DNA of 64,000 nt from an uncultured Gemmatimonadales bacterium (GCA_963796635.1 CAWCMH010000001.1:771568-835567); one strand, 5' to 3'; shown: positions 30,637 through 40,652, counted from the stretch's first letter. The notes: generated by a model from the letters alone, not told the origin. Made by a program: numbers and translations.

Positions 30637-31302
30637 CTATTTCGCTGGCGCGGCCGCCTCGGGTTCGCCTTCCTCGCCCTTGCCCTTCTTGATCACTTCG
30701 GGCGCGCCCTCGACCGGGGCCACCGGGGTGGCCGCGATCTCGGCGCGCGACGCGATCACCGACACGATCGACACGCCGTCATCGTTGACGATCTCGCCGT
30801 TCGCGACCGTGATGTCGCTGATGTGGATCGCGTGGCCGAGCATCAGGTTGGTGACGTCGATCTCGATGTGATCGGGAATCTCGCCCGGCAGCACCTTGAG
30901 TGTGATGCGATGCAGGTGGTGGTCAAGGACGCCGCCCTGGTTGCGGACGCCCTCGGCGGTGCCCACGATGTGCACCGGCACGTCGACCTCGATCGCCTCG
31001 TCGGCGACGACGGCGTACAGGTCGAGGTGAATGACGTCACTGCGCCGCACCGGATTGCGCTGGACCTCGCGCACCAGCGCGCGGATGGGCGCGGCCCCGT
31101 CGATCGACACGTCGAGCAGCGCGGCTTCGCCACCGATGGTTTCCAGCAACCGGCCCAGCACCTGATGGTCGACCGCGAGCGCCTGCGCCGCGATGGATGA
31201 GCCGTAGATCACGGCCGGCACCTTGCCGGCGCGCCGCAAGGAGCGGGCGGCACCCTTGCCGGTGTTGCTGCGCGATTCCGCGGCGAGATTCACTGTCTGC
31301 AT
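30637..31302 (-). CDS. rplY: 50S ribosomal protein L25 (Ctc type)
   Basis: GKGAARSLRRAGKVPAVIYG, HLDLY, GVRNQGG, IPDHIEIDV. Confidence 0.96.
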   Translation of the reverse strand: MQTVNLAAESRSNTGKGAARSLRRAGKVPAVIYGSSIAAQALAVDHQVLGRLLETIGGEAALLDVSIDGAAPIRALVREVQRNPVRRSDVIHLDLYAVVADEAIEVDVPVHIVGTAEGVRNQGGVLDHHLHRITLKVLPGEIPDHIEIDVTNLMLGHAIHISDITVANGEIVNDDGVSIVSVIASRAEIAATPVAPVEGAPEVIKKGKGEEGEPEAAAPAK

Positions 31303-31317
31303 GGTCCTCGATCTCCG

Positions 31318-32271
31318 TCAGTCGAACAGCGACGACACCGACTGGTCGCTGTGGGTGTATCCGATCACTTTCGCCAGCATGGCGGCGATCGACAGCACCT
31401 TGAGCGCGGGAAAATGCCGCTCCGGTGGTAATGCAATCGTGTTGGTGACGGCGACTTCCGTCACCGGGCACTCCGACAGCCGCTGCACCGCCGGTCCCGA
31501 CAGCAGCGCGTGCGTGGCACAGATGTAGATGTCGCGCGCGCCGAGCTTCTTGAGCGCGTGCACCGCCTCGGACATCGTCCCGCCGGTGTCGATCATGTCG
31601 TCGGGGATGATGCAGTTCCGCCCCTCGACCTCGCCGACCACGTTGACGGCGTCGACCACGTTGGCGGTGGTGCGACGCTTGTCGATGATCGCCAGCGTGC
31701 CATTCAGGCGCTTGGCAAAGCCGCGCGCCATCTTGGCTGATCCGACGTCTGCCGCCACCACGGCGATGTCCTTCAGTCCCTTCTGCCGGTAGTGCTGCGT
31801 GAACACCGGCGCCGCGTACAGGTGATCGACCGGCAGGTCGAAGAACCCCTGCAGTTGATGCTGGTGGAAATCGACGGCGAGCACCCGATCCGCGCCGGCA
31901 ATCGACACCATGTTGGCCATCAGCTTGGCCGAAATCGCCACCCGGCCCTGATCCTTGCGGTCCTGCCGGGCATACCCGAAGTAGGGAATCACGGCGGTGA
32001 TCCGCGCCGCGCTGGCCCGCTTCGCCGCGTCCATCAGGAGCAGCAGCTCGATCAGGTTTTCGGCCGGCGGATTGGTGGGCTGGATGACATACACGTCCCG
32101 GCCCCGCACATTCTCGTCGATCTTGACGAAGATCTCGCCATCAGCAAACCGCCGAGTAGCCACGTTGCACAGCCTGGTCTCGAGCTGTGCCGCGATCTCC
32201 TCGGCGAGCGGCCGGTTGGCGGACCCGCAGAGCAAGAGCATGGGCTTCGGGGTCAGCGTCAATTCAGCCAT
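31318..32271 (-). CDS. prs: ribose-phosphate pyrophosphokinase
   Basis: FADGE, PYFGYARQDRK, QGFFD, DKRR, DDMIDTGGT, SVSSLF. Confidence 0.97.
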   Translation of the reverse strand: MAELTLTPKPMLLLCGSANRPLAEEIAAQLETRLCNVATRRFADGEIFVKIDENVRGRDVYVIQPTNPPAENLIELLLLMDAAKRASAARITAVIPYFGYARQDRKDQGRVAISAKLMANMVSIAGADRVLAVDFHQHQLQGFFDLPVDHLYAAPVFTQHYRQKGLKDIAVVAADVGSAKMARGFAKRLNGTLAIIDKRRTTANVVDAVNVVGEVEGRNCIIPDDMIDTGGTMSEAVHALKKLGARDIYICATHALLSGPAVQRLSECPVTEVAVTNTIALPPERHFPALKVLSIAAMLAKVIGYTHSDQSVSSLFD

Positions 32272-32285
32272 AACTGGAGCCCGAC

Positions 32286-32314
32286 AAGATAATTGCCGGG
32301 GGAGAGTGGGTCAA
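32286..32314 (-). promoter_or_regulatory. sigma70 promoter of prs-rplY-pth
   Basis: TTGACC-N17-TATCTT, 14 nt upstream of the prs ATG. Confidence 0.7.
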
Positions 32315-32371
32315 ACGGCGCGGGTTCGGAGGTCGCCGATCAGTGCAGGCCGCGAGGACCGACCCGCCGCG

Positions 32372-32938
32372 TCACGTCCCGAACGTGACGTCGATCCGGA
32401 CCAGGATCCGTTCGTCCATCTTGAGCACGCCCAGCATCTTGCTCAACCCGCTCACCCCGTAGTCCTTCACATCGAGCGTCACGGCGCCGCGAAAGCGGCT
32501 GGTGCCATCGTGCACCCAGACCCACCCCGGAATACTGTCGGGCCGGGTGGTTCCGTGAATCCGGAACTGTCCCCGCGCGGTCACGGCGACCGAATCGCCG
32601 CTGGGCTGGCCCACCGCCAGCTGGGCCAGGTCGAAGCGGATCGTCGGGTAGTGTGCGACGTCGAGCGATTTGGCCATGTCGCGGTCGCGATGGCCATTGT
32701 GGGTGGTGAGGGTGCTCGCAGCCGTCTCGACCCAGCCGGTCACGTCGGCCAAGGACGCGCCGCCGGTAATCCTGCCGGACATCGCCGATGTGGTGCCGGT
32801 GAATGCACCCAGCGTGGCGTGGGCGTCGAATGCCAGGGTGCCGTGGCTGAGCGGCGCGTCGACCACCACCTGCGCGGGGAGTGCGGTGTGGATGCTCAAT
32901 CCCGTCAGGCACAGCACCCATGCGATGCGGCCGATCAT
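32372..32938 (-). CDS. YceI family periplasmic protein
   Basis: Signal peptide; SD GAGGAGG; LTTHNGHRDRDM, LDVAHYPTIRF, GQFRIHGTTR, DYGV. Confidence 0.85.
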   Translation of the reverse strand: MIGRIAWVLCLTGLSIHTALPAQVVVDAPLSHGTLAFDAHATLGAFTGTTSAMSGRITGGASLADVTGWVETAASTLTTHNGHRDRDMAKSLDVAHYPTIRFDLAQLAVGQPSGDSVAVTARGQFRIHGTTRPDSIPGWVWVHDGTSRFRGAVTLDVKDYGVSGLSKMLGVLKMDERILVRIDVTFGT

Positions 32939-33074
32939 GCCTGCCTCCTCGAGAGCGGTGCGCGCACGACTCTCCGCGCAGCGACTGCGTTCGCCGGTGC
33001 GGCGCGCAGGTCGTCCGGTAAAGGTGGTCTGGGAGGGCTGTCGGTGCGACCGGCGGCGCGCTCGCGGTGCGAGC

Positions 33075-33134
33075 GCTTCGCTCGGGATGACGTCGCTGTG
33101 GGGGAGACCGATCCCTCGCTCCGCTCGGGATGAC
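33075..33134. repeat. two REP-like direct repeats (CGCTCGGGATGAC)
   Basis: GCTTCGCTCGGGATGAC (33075-33091) and GATCCCTCGCTCCGCTCGGGATGAC (33110-33134). Confidence 0.7.
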
Positions 33135-33163
33135 CAGGAGCGCGCTTTGCGCGCCGCTGGTCA

Positions 33164-33234
33164 TTGCCCCTCTTGGAATCGAACCAAGATTCACGGCTCC
33201 AAAGGCCGCTGTCCTGCCGTTAGACGAAGGGGCA
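33164..33234 (-). tRNA. tRNA-Gln(UUG); CCA not encoded
   Basis: Acceptor TGCCCCT/AGGGGCA, anticodon arm GCGGC-CTTTGGA-GCCGT, T-arm GGTTCGATTCC; usual position between ispE and prs. Confidence 0.97.
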
Positions 33235-33254
33235 CTGCTGCGCCGCCAATTTAG

Positions 33255-34112
33255 CTAGCCAGTCTCCGTCTTCACCAGCACGCCGTGCTTCGTGCCCAGC
33301 TCCATCGCCGCATCGTCGCGATCGCGGGCGTTGCGATACACGGCGAACAGCGCCGACCCCGAGCCACTCATCCGGCAGAGCAGTGGACGCGTGCCCGTGA
33401 GGGCCTCGAAGGCGCGGTGAATGGCCGGGAAGCGGCCGAAGATCGCCGACTCGAAATCGTTGCCCGCCAATCGGGCGACATCGCCCCAGTGGCTCAGCAC
33501 GTCGGCGTCGAGCGCGACACTGCCACGCCCATCGCCCGTCTGTCGCGCCTGGTCGAGCCAGCCATATGCATCGGCCGTCGCGATCGGCGTCGGCGGAAGC
33601 AGTAACAGCACCGGCGCCGCCGGTAGCGCCGGTAGCCGCAGCATCCGTTGGCCGTGACCCCACGCGAGTGCGGTCCCGGTCTCCAGCATGAAGAACGGCA
33701 CGTCGGCCCCCAGCCGATACGCCATGTGCAGCAGCTCGGCACGCGGAATCGCCTGATTGGCGAGCTGATTCACGGCGAGCAGCGCGGCGGCGGCATCGCT
33801 GGAGCCACCGCCGAGCCCGGCCGCGGCGGGAATACGCTTGTCGAGCCGCATCACCACGCCGAAGCGACGGCCCGTGGCCTGCAACACGGCGTCAGCGGCG
33901 CGCCAGGCCAGGTTGTCGCGCATGGCCCCGACGTCGGCGCCAGTGACATCGAGCGTGATTCCCTCGGCGGCGCGGTGGACCGACAGCGTGTCACGCAGCG
34001 CGAGCCGACAGAACAGCGTCTCGATGCCGTGATAGCCATCGTGTTCGCGCGCCAGCACCCGGAGGAAGAGATTGACCTTGGCGGGACAGTCGCGCGCAAT
34101 CGTGTCCATCAT
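33255..34112 (-). CDS. ispE: 4-diphosphocytidyl-2-C-methyl-D-erythritol kinase
   Basis: PAKVNLFL, DGYH, KRIPAAAGLGGGSSDAA, LGADVPFF, NDFE, MSGSGS. Confidence 0.96.
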   Translation of the reverse strand: MMDTIARDCPAKVNLFLRVLAREHDGYHGIETLFCRLALRDTLSVHRAAEGITLDVTGADVGAMRDNLAWRAADAVLQATGRRFGVVMRLDKRIPAAAGLGGGSSDAAAALLAVNQLANQAIPRAELLHMAYRLGADVPFFMLETGTALAWGHGQRMLRLPALPAAPVLLLLPPTPIATADAYGWLDQARQTGDGRGSVALDADVLSHWGDVARLAGNDFESAIFGRFPAIHRAFEALTGTRPLLCRMSGSGSALFAVYRNARDRDDAAMELGTKHGVLVKTETG

Positions 34113-35119
34113 GACGCTACACTGGTCGTCGCAGCCGCCGGGCGGAGCCGCACGCCGGTCCGGATGGCCGCGATTGCCCCGAACAACGTGATCGGCACGA
34201 AGGTGGTGACGTGAAACAGGATCGCGTACGCGAGTCCGTGCGCCTGATCGACGCCGTACAGCAGCAGGGTGGCGTAGATCGCCGTCTCGAACACGCCCGC
34301 GTACCCAGGGGTTGACGGCACCGCAATGCCGATCATCACGGCCCCCTGCAGCACCAGGGCCCCACTGAACGGGACCGCAAAGTCGAACGCCTTGAATGCG
34401 AGGTAGAACCCCGCGGCGTTGACCAGCCAGATGATCACCGACCAGCCGATGATCGGCGCGGCTCGACCCGGATCGCGCAGCGCGCCCAGCCCGCGCAACA
34501 CCTGGTCGACGAAGGCGACCAGCTGGCGCGCGACGCGTCCTGACGGGAGCAGGCGCTCGAAGATCCGCAGCGCGGTTTCGCGCTGCCACGCCGCCACGAT
34601 CGCCGCGAGCATCGTGGCCACGCAGATGACGCCGATCCACTCGGCCTTGGCCCCCATCGTGGTGGCCCCGGTCAGGTGGCCGCCCAGCAGTCCGATGCCG
34701 AGCAGCGTCACCACCACCAGCGCATCGAGCACGCGCTCGACCGCGACGCTCGACAACGCGGCCGCGAACGACACTGGTGCGAGGCGGCTGATCGCGGCGA
34801 CCCGCAGGAATTCCCCGGCGCGCAACAGCAGCACGTTGTTGGCGGCGAACCCGATCGCGATTGCCTGCCACAACGATCGTGACGGAATGGCCGTGCCGTC
34901 ATCGCGGTGCAGCAGCAACTTCCAGCGCGGGACGCGCAAGGCGAACGGCAGCGTCGCGACAACGACGGCGAGGGCCATCGGCAGCACCCGCGCGGTCCGG
35001 ATGATGCCCCAGACCTGCGACAGCGGTTCCTTCCGGAAGGCCCACCAGACCAGGGCCGCGGAAATGACGACGCCGGCGAGGATCTGCAGCGCGCGCGTGC
35101 CGCGCCGCTCAGGCGGCAT
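34109..35119 (-). CDS. lysylphosphatidylglycerol synthase-like TM (UPF0104 flippase-like) protein
   Basis: Multi-TM; RWKLLL, GFAANNVLLLRAGEFLR, ERVLD, PSTPGYAGVFE. Confidence 0.85.
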   Translation of the reverse strand: MPPERRGTRALQILAGVVISAALVWWAFRKEPLSQVWGIIRTARVLPMALAVVVATLPFALRVPRWKLLLHRDDGTAIPSRSLWQAIAIGFAANNVLLLRAGEFLRVAAISRLAPVSFAAALSSVAVERVLDALVVVTLLGIGLLGGHLTGATTMGAKAEWIGVICVATMLAAIVAAWQRETALRIFERLLPSGRVARQLVAFVDQVLRGLGALRDPGRAAPIIGWSVIIWLVNAAGFYLAFKAFDFAVPFSGALVLQGAVMIGIAVPSTPGYAGVFETAIYATLLLYGVDQAHGLAYAILFHVTTFVPITLFGAIAAIRTGVRLRPAAATTSVAS

Positions 35120-37065
35120 CGCGCGCCAATGGCACCAGGTCGAGGAGTTCGTCGATGTGGGGCCGCAGCGAATCGAGCGTGGTCGCGCCACCGCGCAGCA
35201 AGTCGCGAATCTGGATCCGAACCTCATCGGCGCGGACGAGCGCAGCGGTGCCCCGATAGAGCAGCGCCGTGATCGGCACGATGTCCGCGCCGATCAAGCC
35301 GGCGATGGACGCGGTCTCGCCGGCTCGCTGGCGCTGCACCTCGCGGCGCCGGCCGAAGGCACGTTCGAGTGTCGACGGTTCGCCGGGAGCGCGGTCGGGA
35401 ATCCGCGGCGGGGGTGGCGGCGCGAGGGACTCGATTGCGACCACGTCGCGGAAATCGTCGGCCGCTGCCGGCCGCGCGGCGTCGAGCACGACCGCCCGCG
35501 CGTCGTCCGGTGCGAGCGATGCGATGTCGACGATGACCTCGATCGCGTCGTCCGGCGCAAGGGACGCGATGTCGACGACGTCATCCGCCCAGTGATCCGG
35601 CGCGAGCGATGCGATGTCCACGACATCGTCGCTCGAATTGTCCGGCGCGAGCGCGGCGATGTCGACCACGTCGTCGTCCACATCATCGGGCGCCAGCGAT
35701 TCGATCGAGACGATCGGTGTGCCTTCCGATGCCGCCTCGTGGCCCGCGGGTGCGGCAGCGGTCGGTGGCACTGGCGGTGGTCGCAAGGCGTGGCTGGCGC
35801 GGTGGCGCCGGCACGCCGAGGTCGAAGCCACCGGCCGGGGCGCCGGCACTCACCATCATCAGCGACGTGACGATGGCGTCGCGCCGACTGGTCAGCGCCA
35901 GCCGATCGTGCATACCGCCGGCCTCGACCAGAAACCGGCCACAGCCGCGCAGCATGGCGATGAACGCGTCGGGCCGCTGAGTGGCCACCTCATTGCTGAT
36001 CGCGGTCGAAATGGTCTCGGCGAGTGGCGCCAGGAAGTTTCCGGTGGTGCTCCGCGCGGGCATCGCCGTGAGCGTGCGGTACAGCACGAACAGGCGCAGG
36101 TCGCGGGCCGCCGCGGACGCCGGTCGCGCGAGCGCATCGGCGGCCGCGAGCAGATGATCGCCCACACTGACGAGCTCGACCGGGATCGGGTCGCCGGGTG
36201 GCAGCTGCGACGGCGGCGTGCCGGCGTGCACGATCGCGTCGACGCCCTCGGGGGCCAGTGACGCGATCGGCACAACGTCGGCTTCGCTCGCGTAGCACTG
36301 CAACAGGCGGTGGGCGATCACCTGCAGGTCCGGCGGCGGTTCGACCTGGCCCGTGTCGGCGACCATGTGCGCCATGAGGGACAATGCCGCGGCCGCTTCG
36401 GCAAAGACGCCGGCCACGTCGGGCGGCGCGGGAAAGTCGCTCAACAGGGTACGCGTGGCGACTTCCATCGCGTCGAGCAATTCGGGGAGCGGCGACAGCT
36501 CCGCCGACCCACCCAGTCCGCGCAGTGACTGCATCCGCTCGAGCACGCTTGCGAGTGCGGCGGCGGGCGGCGTGGGCGCAAGCGCATGCGACGCCCGCTC
36601 GAGCGATCCGGCGATCAGCGCCGATTCGCGCGCGATGAATGCGCGCACGCCGGGCGTGAGCGTCGACGGCGGCGCGGGGGCCGGGCGCGCGGGACGTCCA
36701 TGCATCACCTGTTCGAACTGTTCGACGAGTTGCAGCGCCTGGCGGTCGTCGGCCGCCTGCCAGCTGGATCCGCGCGACACCAGTGCGCGCAGCGCGTCGA
36801 GCCCGGCGATCCAGGCCTCGCGCGCGTGGGGCTCCCACGGCAGCGCATGATCGCGCACCTGGCGGGCGATGGCTTCGAGGCCCGCGGCGGCTCGCGCATA
36901 GGTGCCCAGGCCGGCCATCAGCGCGGCCCCGCGCAACGCGCGCGCGCCGCGAAGCAGGCGTTCGGCGTCGGGCCGGTCGTGGGCCGCGGCGAGCGGTGCC
37001 AGCTCGGTCAGGTACTCGTTCGCCTCGAGCGCAAAAAATTCGGCGCGGCGACTGGCGCTGCTCAC
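35109..37065 (-). CDS. degenerate Hpt-like scaffold protein with acidic repeats; split by a +1 frameshift near 35790-35830
   Basis: ORFs 35683-37065 and 35109-35849 overlap and share the V(P/D)IASLAP motif; FFALEANEYL..ARALRGAALMAG is Hpt-like. Confidence 0.6.
35416..35714 (-). repeat. intragenic imperfect tandem repeat encoding about 6 copies of (V/I)V(D/S/A)I(A/E)(S/A)LAP
   Basis: IVSIESLAPDD, VVDIAALAPDN, VVDIASLAPDH, VVDIASLAPDD, IVDIASLAPDD, VVAIESLAPP. Confidence 0.85.
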
Positions 37066-37787
37066 CCGCGCTGCTCCGTGATCGCGGCTCGCATTTCCCG
37101 GACGGCCTGTTCCATGCCGACAAAGATCGCACGACTCACGATGCTGTGCCCGATGTTGAGTTCTTCGAGCGCGCTGATGCGTGCCACCGGCGCCACGTTG
37201 GGGTAGGTGAGACCATGGCCGGCGTGGACCGCGAGGCCGAGCGACGCGGCGTAGTCGGCGGCGTGGTGCAACTGCCCGAGCGCCGCGTCACTCTCGCGCC
37301 AGTGATCGGCGTAGCGTCCGGTGTGCAATTCGATGGCGGGAACGCCGAGGTCCTTGGCCTGATCGATCGCGGACGTGGTCGGGTCGATGAACAGCGACAC
37401 GTGCACGCCGGCCTGGTCGAGTTGGCGGATCGCACTCCGCAGTCGGCTGTCACGCGTCGACAGGTCGAGTCCGCCTTCGGTGGTGATTTCCGCGCGTCGC
37501 TCCGGCACGAGCGTGGCTTGAAACGGATGCAGTTCGCACGCCAGGGCGACGATGTCCGGATGGACGGCAAGCTCGAAATTGCACACGGTGGCCGCAGTGG
37601 CCACGATGGCGCGCACGTCGGCGTCGTTGATGTGACGCCGATCTTCCCGCAGGTGAAAGGTGATGCCGTCGGCCCCGCCGAGTTCGGCGGCGCGGGCGGC
37701 CAGGGCGGGGTCGGGTTCGTCGGTCTGGCGGGCCTGCCGCACCGTCGCGACGTGATCGACATTGACGTGCAGACGCATCGGTCGCAT
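37062..37787 (-). CDS. pdxJ: pyridoxine 5'-phosphate synthase
   Basis: VNVDHVATVRQAR, HLREDRRHI, LVPE, TTEGGLD, ELHTG, HAGHGL, ELNIGH; start may be 37778. Confidence 0.97.
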   Translation of the reverse strand: MRPMRLHVNVDHVATVRQARQTDEPDPALAARAAELGGADGITFHLREDRRHINDADVRAIVATAATVCNFELAVHPDIVALACELHPFQATLVPERRAEITTEGGLDLSTRDSRLRSAIRQLDQAGVHVSLFIDPTTSAIDQAKDLGVPAIELHTGRYADHWRESDAALGQLHHAADYAASLGLAVHAGHGLTYPNVAPVARISALEELNIGHSIVSRAIFVGMEQAVREMRAAITEQRG

Positions 37788-37837
37788 GGACAGTCCGGGG
37801 TATTACGTTTCGGCCAACCACTTGGCGAGGAGGCTGC

Positions 37838-38287
37838 ATGCTGTTGGCAAACCTGTCGCGCGGGGCCACGCTCGTGTTGCTGACAGTATCGGCGGCCGCG
37901 GCGCAGGCCCCGCAGGCGGCACCGTCGCCGGCGCAAGCCGTGGAGGAGTTTATGCGCGCCGTGGCAGACAGCAACCTCACCCGCATGGCGCAATTGTTCG
38001 GGACCCGCAAGGGCTCGTCGTACGACACCCATCAGCCCCCCAAGTACGAGGAGCGGATGTTGACCATTCAGCTCTTTCTGCACGGGGTACAGGCGCACGC
38101 GCTGGGCGACCTGCCGACCGCGCACGGCGGCCGGACGGTCACCACGCAGCTGTCGCACAACGCCTGCCGCGTGACGATCCCGGTCGTCACCGCCCATACC
38201 AAGCACGGCTGGGTGGTGGAATCCTTCGACCTGGCGCAGGCGGCGCAAATCAACCGGCCCTGCCAGAACGGGAACGGCCAACCCTGA
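37838..38287 (+). CDS. hypothetical exported protein
   Basis: SD GAGGAGG, signal peptide ending AAA-Q, two Cys. Confidence 0.65.
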   Translation: MLLANLSRGATLVLLTVSAAAAQAPQAAPSPAQAVEEFMRAVADSNLTRMAQLFGTRKGSSYDTHQPPKYEERMLTIQLFLHGVQAHALGDLPTAHGGRTVTTQLSHNACRVTIPVVTAHTKHGWVVESFDLAQAAQINRPCQNGNGQP

Positions 38288-38320
38288 CCCGGTGTTCTAG
38301 CGCCATGGCAACGTACGGGC

Positions 38321-38710
38321 TTATTCGGTGAGTTCGATCAGCGTGCCGCCGGTCGCCCGTGGATGGACAAAGGCAATGCGATGTCCGCCGGCGCCGGGGC
38401 GGGGCTGTTCGTCGATCAGGGTGAACCCGTGTTCCCGGCAGGCCGCCAGCGCGGCGTCGAGGTCGGGGACGCGGTAACAGATATGATGGAGACCGGGACC
38501 GCGACGAGCGAGGAAGCGGCCGATCGGAGAGTCGGGCGATTCGGGCTCGAGCAGCTCGACGGCGGCATCGCCGAAATCCAGGTGGATGATCCGGGCACCG
38601 TCGGCCACTTCGGGACCGCGCACGGAGACGTGCAGGACCTCGCGATAGAAGGCGACGGCGGCGTCGAGATCGGCGACGGCAATGCCGAGATGGGCAATGG
38701 TCGGGGACAT
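38321..38710 (-). CDS. mce: methylmalonyl-CoA epimerase (VOC family)
   Basis: HLGIAV, VELLEP, IGRFLARRGPGLHHICY, IAFVHP, GTLIEL. Confidence 0.9.
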   Translation of the reverse strand: MSPTIAHLGIAVADLDAAVAFYREVLHVSVRGPEVADGARIIHLDFGDAAVELLEPESPDSPIGRFLARRGPGLHHICYRVPDLDAALAACREHGFTLIDEQPRPGAGGHRIAFVHPRATGGTLIELTE

Positions 38711-38752
38711 GCGGGTGAACCTAATGCGGGATCACAAGGAGCGGCGAGAGCG

Positions 38753-39085
38753 ATGAGTGAACACACGGTGGCAGTGACGGACACGACGTTCGACGGTGAA
38801 GTGACCGGTTCCAAGGGACTGGTGCTCGTGGATTTCTGGGCAACGTGGTGCGGTCCGTGCCGCATGATTGCGCCGACCCTGGACGCGCTGGCGAAGGATT
38901 ACGCCGGCAAGATCAAGGTGGCGAAGCTCGATGTCGACGCCAATCAGCAGACGGCCATGAAGTACAACGTACGGTCGATTCCGACGTTGGTTTTCTTCAA
39001 GGACGGCAAGCACGTCGACACCCTGGTCGGCGCCCATCCGCGGCCGGCGCTGGAAGCGAAGATCAACCAGCACCTGGCGGCCTGA
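38753..39085 (+). CDS. trxA: thioredoxin
   Basis: VDFWATWCGPCRMIAP, SIPTL. Confidence 0.97.
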   Translation: MSEHTVAVTDTTFDGEVTGSKGLVLVDFWATWCGPCRMIAPTLDALAKDYAGKIKVAKLDVDANQQTAMKYNVRSIPTLVFFKDGKHVDTLVGAHPRPALEAKINQHLAA

Positions 39086-39094
39086 GCGAGGTCG

Positions 39095-39134
39095 GCGGCG
39101 CCTGAGCGCCGCAGCCGGGGTTCGGTTTTCTTTC
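39095..39134 (+). terminator. possible terminator/hairpin after trxA
   Basis: GCGGCGC-CTGA-GCGCCGC stem, then a weak stem and TTTTCTTTC. Confidence 0.35.
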
Positions 39135-39138
39135 AGGC

Positions 39139-39978
39139 ATGGCCGGAACCCTGTATGTCGTTGCCACCCCGCTCGGCAACCTGAATGACCTGTCGCCGCG
39201 CGCCGCAGCCACCCTGCGCGCGGTCGACACGGTTGCCGCCGAAGACACCCGCCGCACGCTGGGCCTGTTGCACGCGATCGACGCGCATCCCAGGCTGCTT
39301 TCCTACCACGCCCACTCCGCCACGACCCGGCACGACGCGCTCCTCGACATCCTGCGGCAGGGCCGGGACGTCGCGTTGGTGACCGACGCCGGCACACCCG
39401 CCATCAGCGATCCGGGGGTGGATCTCGTGGCGGCGGCCTGGGATGCCGGATTCAGCGTGGTACCGATTCCCGGTCCGTCGGCGGTGGCGACGGCGTTGTC
39501 GGTCGCTGGGGTGAGCGGCGATCGGTACCTGTTCCTCGGCTTCCTGCCCCGCAAGGGGGCGGCGCGTCGGCGACTGCTTGAGCGCGTCGCCGGCGAGCCG
39601 TGGAGCGTGGTCATGTTCGAAGCGGCGCCTCGGCTGGTCGAATTGCTCGGCGATCTCGCGGCGGTGTGCGGGGGCACCCGCGCGGCCGTGGTGACACGCG
39701 AACTCACCAAGCTGCACGAGGAGGTGCGTCGCGGCACTCTCGACGCGTTGCGAACGTACTACGAGGACCATGCCCCGATTGGCGAACTGACGGTGGTCGT
39801 CGCCGGCAATCCTGTGGACGCCGCGGCCGGTGACGTCGCGGACCCGGCGGAAGTGATCGCGGCCATTCGCGAACAACTCGCCGCTGGTGCGTCGCGCAAG
39901 GATGTGGTGCAGATGGTGTCGGTGCGATTCGGACTCCCGCGCAATGAGGCCTATCGGTGTGTGACCGAGCAGGCATGA
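39139..39978 (+). CDS. rsmI: 16S rRNA C1402 2'-O-methyltransferase
   Basis: LYVVATPLGNL, AEDTR, DAGTPAISDPG, FLGFLP, RELTKLHEE. Confidence 0.95.
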   Translation: MAGTLYVVATPLGNLNDLSPRAAATLRAVDTVAAEDTRRTLGLLHAIDAHPRLLSYHAHSATTRHDALLDILRQGRDVALVTDAGTPAISDPGVDLVAAAWDAGFSVVPIPGPSAVATALSVAGVSGDRYLFLGFLPRKGAARRRLLERVAGEPWSVVMFEAAPRLVELLGDLAAVCGGTRAAVVTRELTKLHEEVRRGTLDALRTYYEDHAPIGELTVVVAGNPVDAAAGDVADPAEVIAAIREQLAAGASRKDVVQMVSVRFGLPRNEAYRCVTEQA

Positions 39979-40652
39979 AGGCGCTGCTCGCCTGCCTCGT
40001 CGGGCTGGGCGGTGCGGTACCGCTCGCGGCGCAAGGCGCCCGGGTGACGCCTGCCGCGGCGATCGGACGACTGCACTACGACGGCGGTGGCGACTGGTAC
40101 GCCAATCCGTCCAGCCTGCCCAACCTGATCGCCGCGATCCGGGAACGCACTGACATCCCGATCGCGCCCGCCGAGGTGGTCGTCAAGCTCACGGATCCCG
40201 CGTTGTGGGACGTCGCGTTCCTGCATGTCACCGGTCACGGCAACATTCACTGGAGCGACAACGACCTCAAGATCCTGCGCAAGTGGTTGATGCAGGGCGG
40301 TTTTCTGCACGTCGACGACAACTACGGCCTGGATGCGTCATTCCGTCGCGAGATCAAGCGGCTGTTTCCCGACCGTCCGCTGGTGCAGGTGCCGCTCGAC
40401 CATCCGATCTATCACCTGATCTACGATTTCCCCGCCGGCGTCCCCAAGATCCATGAACACGACGGCAAACCGGCGCAGGGCTTCGGCATCTTCATCAACG
40501 GCCGGCTCGCCGTGTACTACACCTATCAGAGCGATCTCGGCAACGGCTGGGAAGACACCACGGTCTATCACGATCCGGCCGCCAAGCACGAAGCCGCGCT
40601 GCGCATGGGCGTGAATCTGTTCGCGTACGCCGTGGGATACGGCGGCCGATGA
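39975..40652 (+). CDS. DUF4159 domain exported protein
   Basis: Signal peptide; YDGGGDWYANPSSLPNL, TGHG, GGFLHVDDNYG, PKIHEHD, DLGNGWED, MGVN. Confidence 0.85.
   Translation: MKALLACLVGLGGAVPLAAQGARVTPAAAIGRLHYDGGGDWYANPSSLPNLIAAIRERTDIPIAPAEVVVKLTDPALWDVAFLHVTGHGNIHWSDNDLKILRKWLMQGGFLHVDDNYGLDASFRREIKRLFPDRPLVQVPLDHPIYHLIYDFPAGVPKIHEHDGKPAQGFGIFINGRLAVYYTYQSDLGNGWEDTTVYHDPAAKHEAALRMGVNLFAYAVGYGGR

Noticed and set aside
33164-33234. Prophage or integrative island at tRNA-Gln
   Set aside because: No integrase and no duplicated tRNA 3' end seen in the window.
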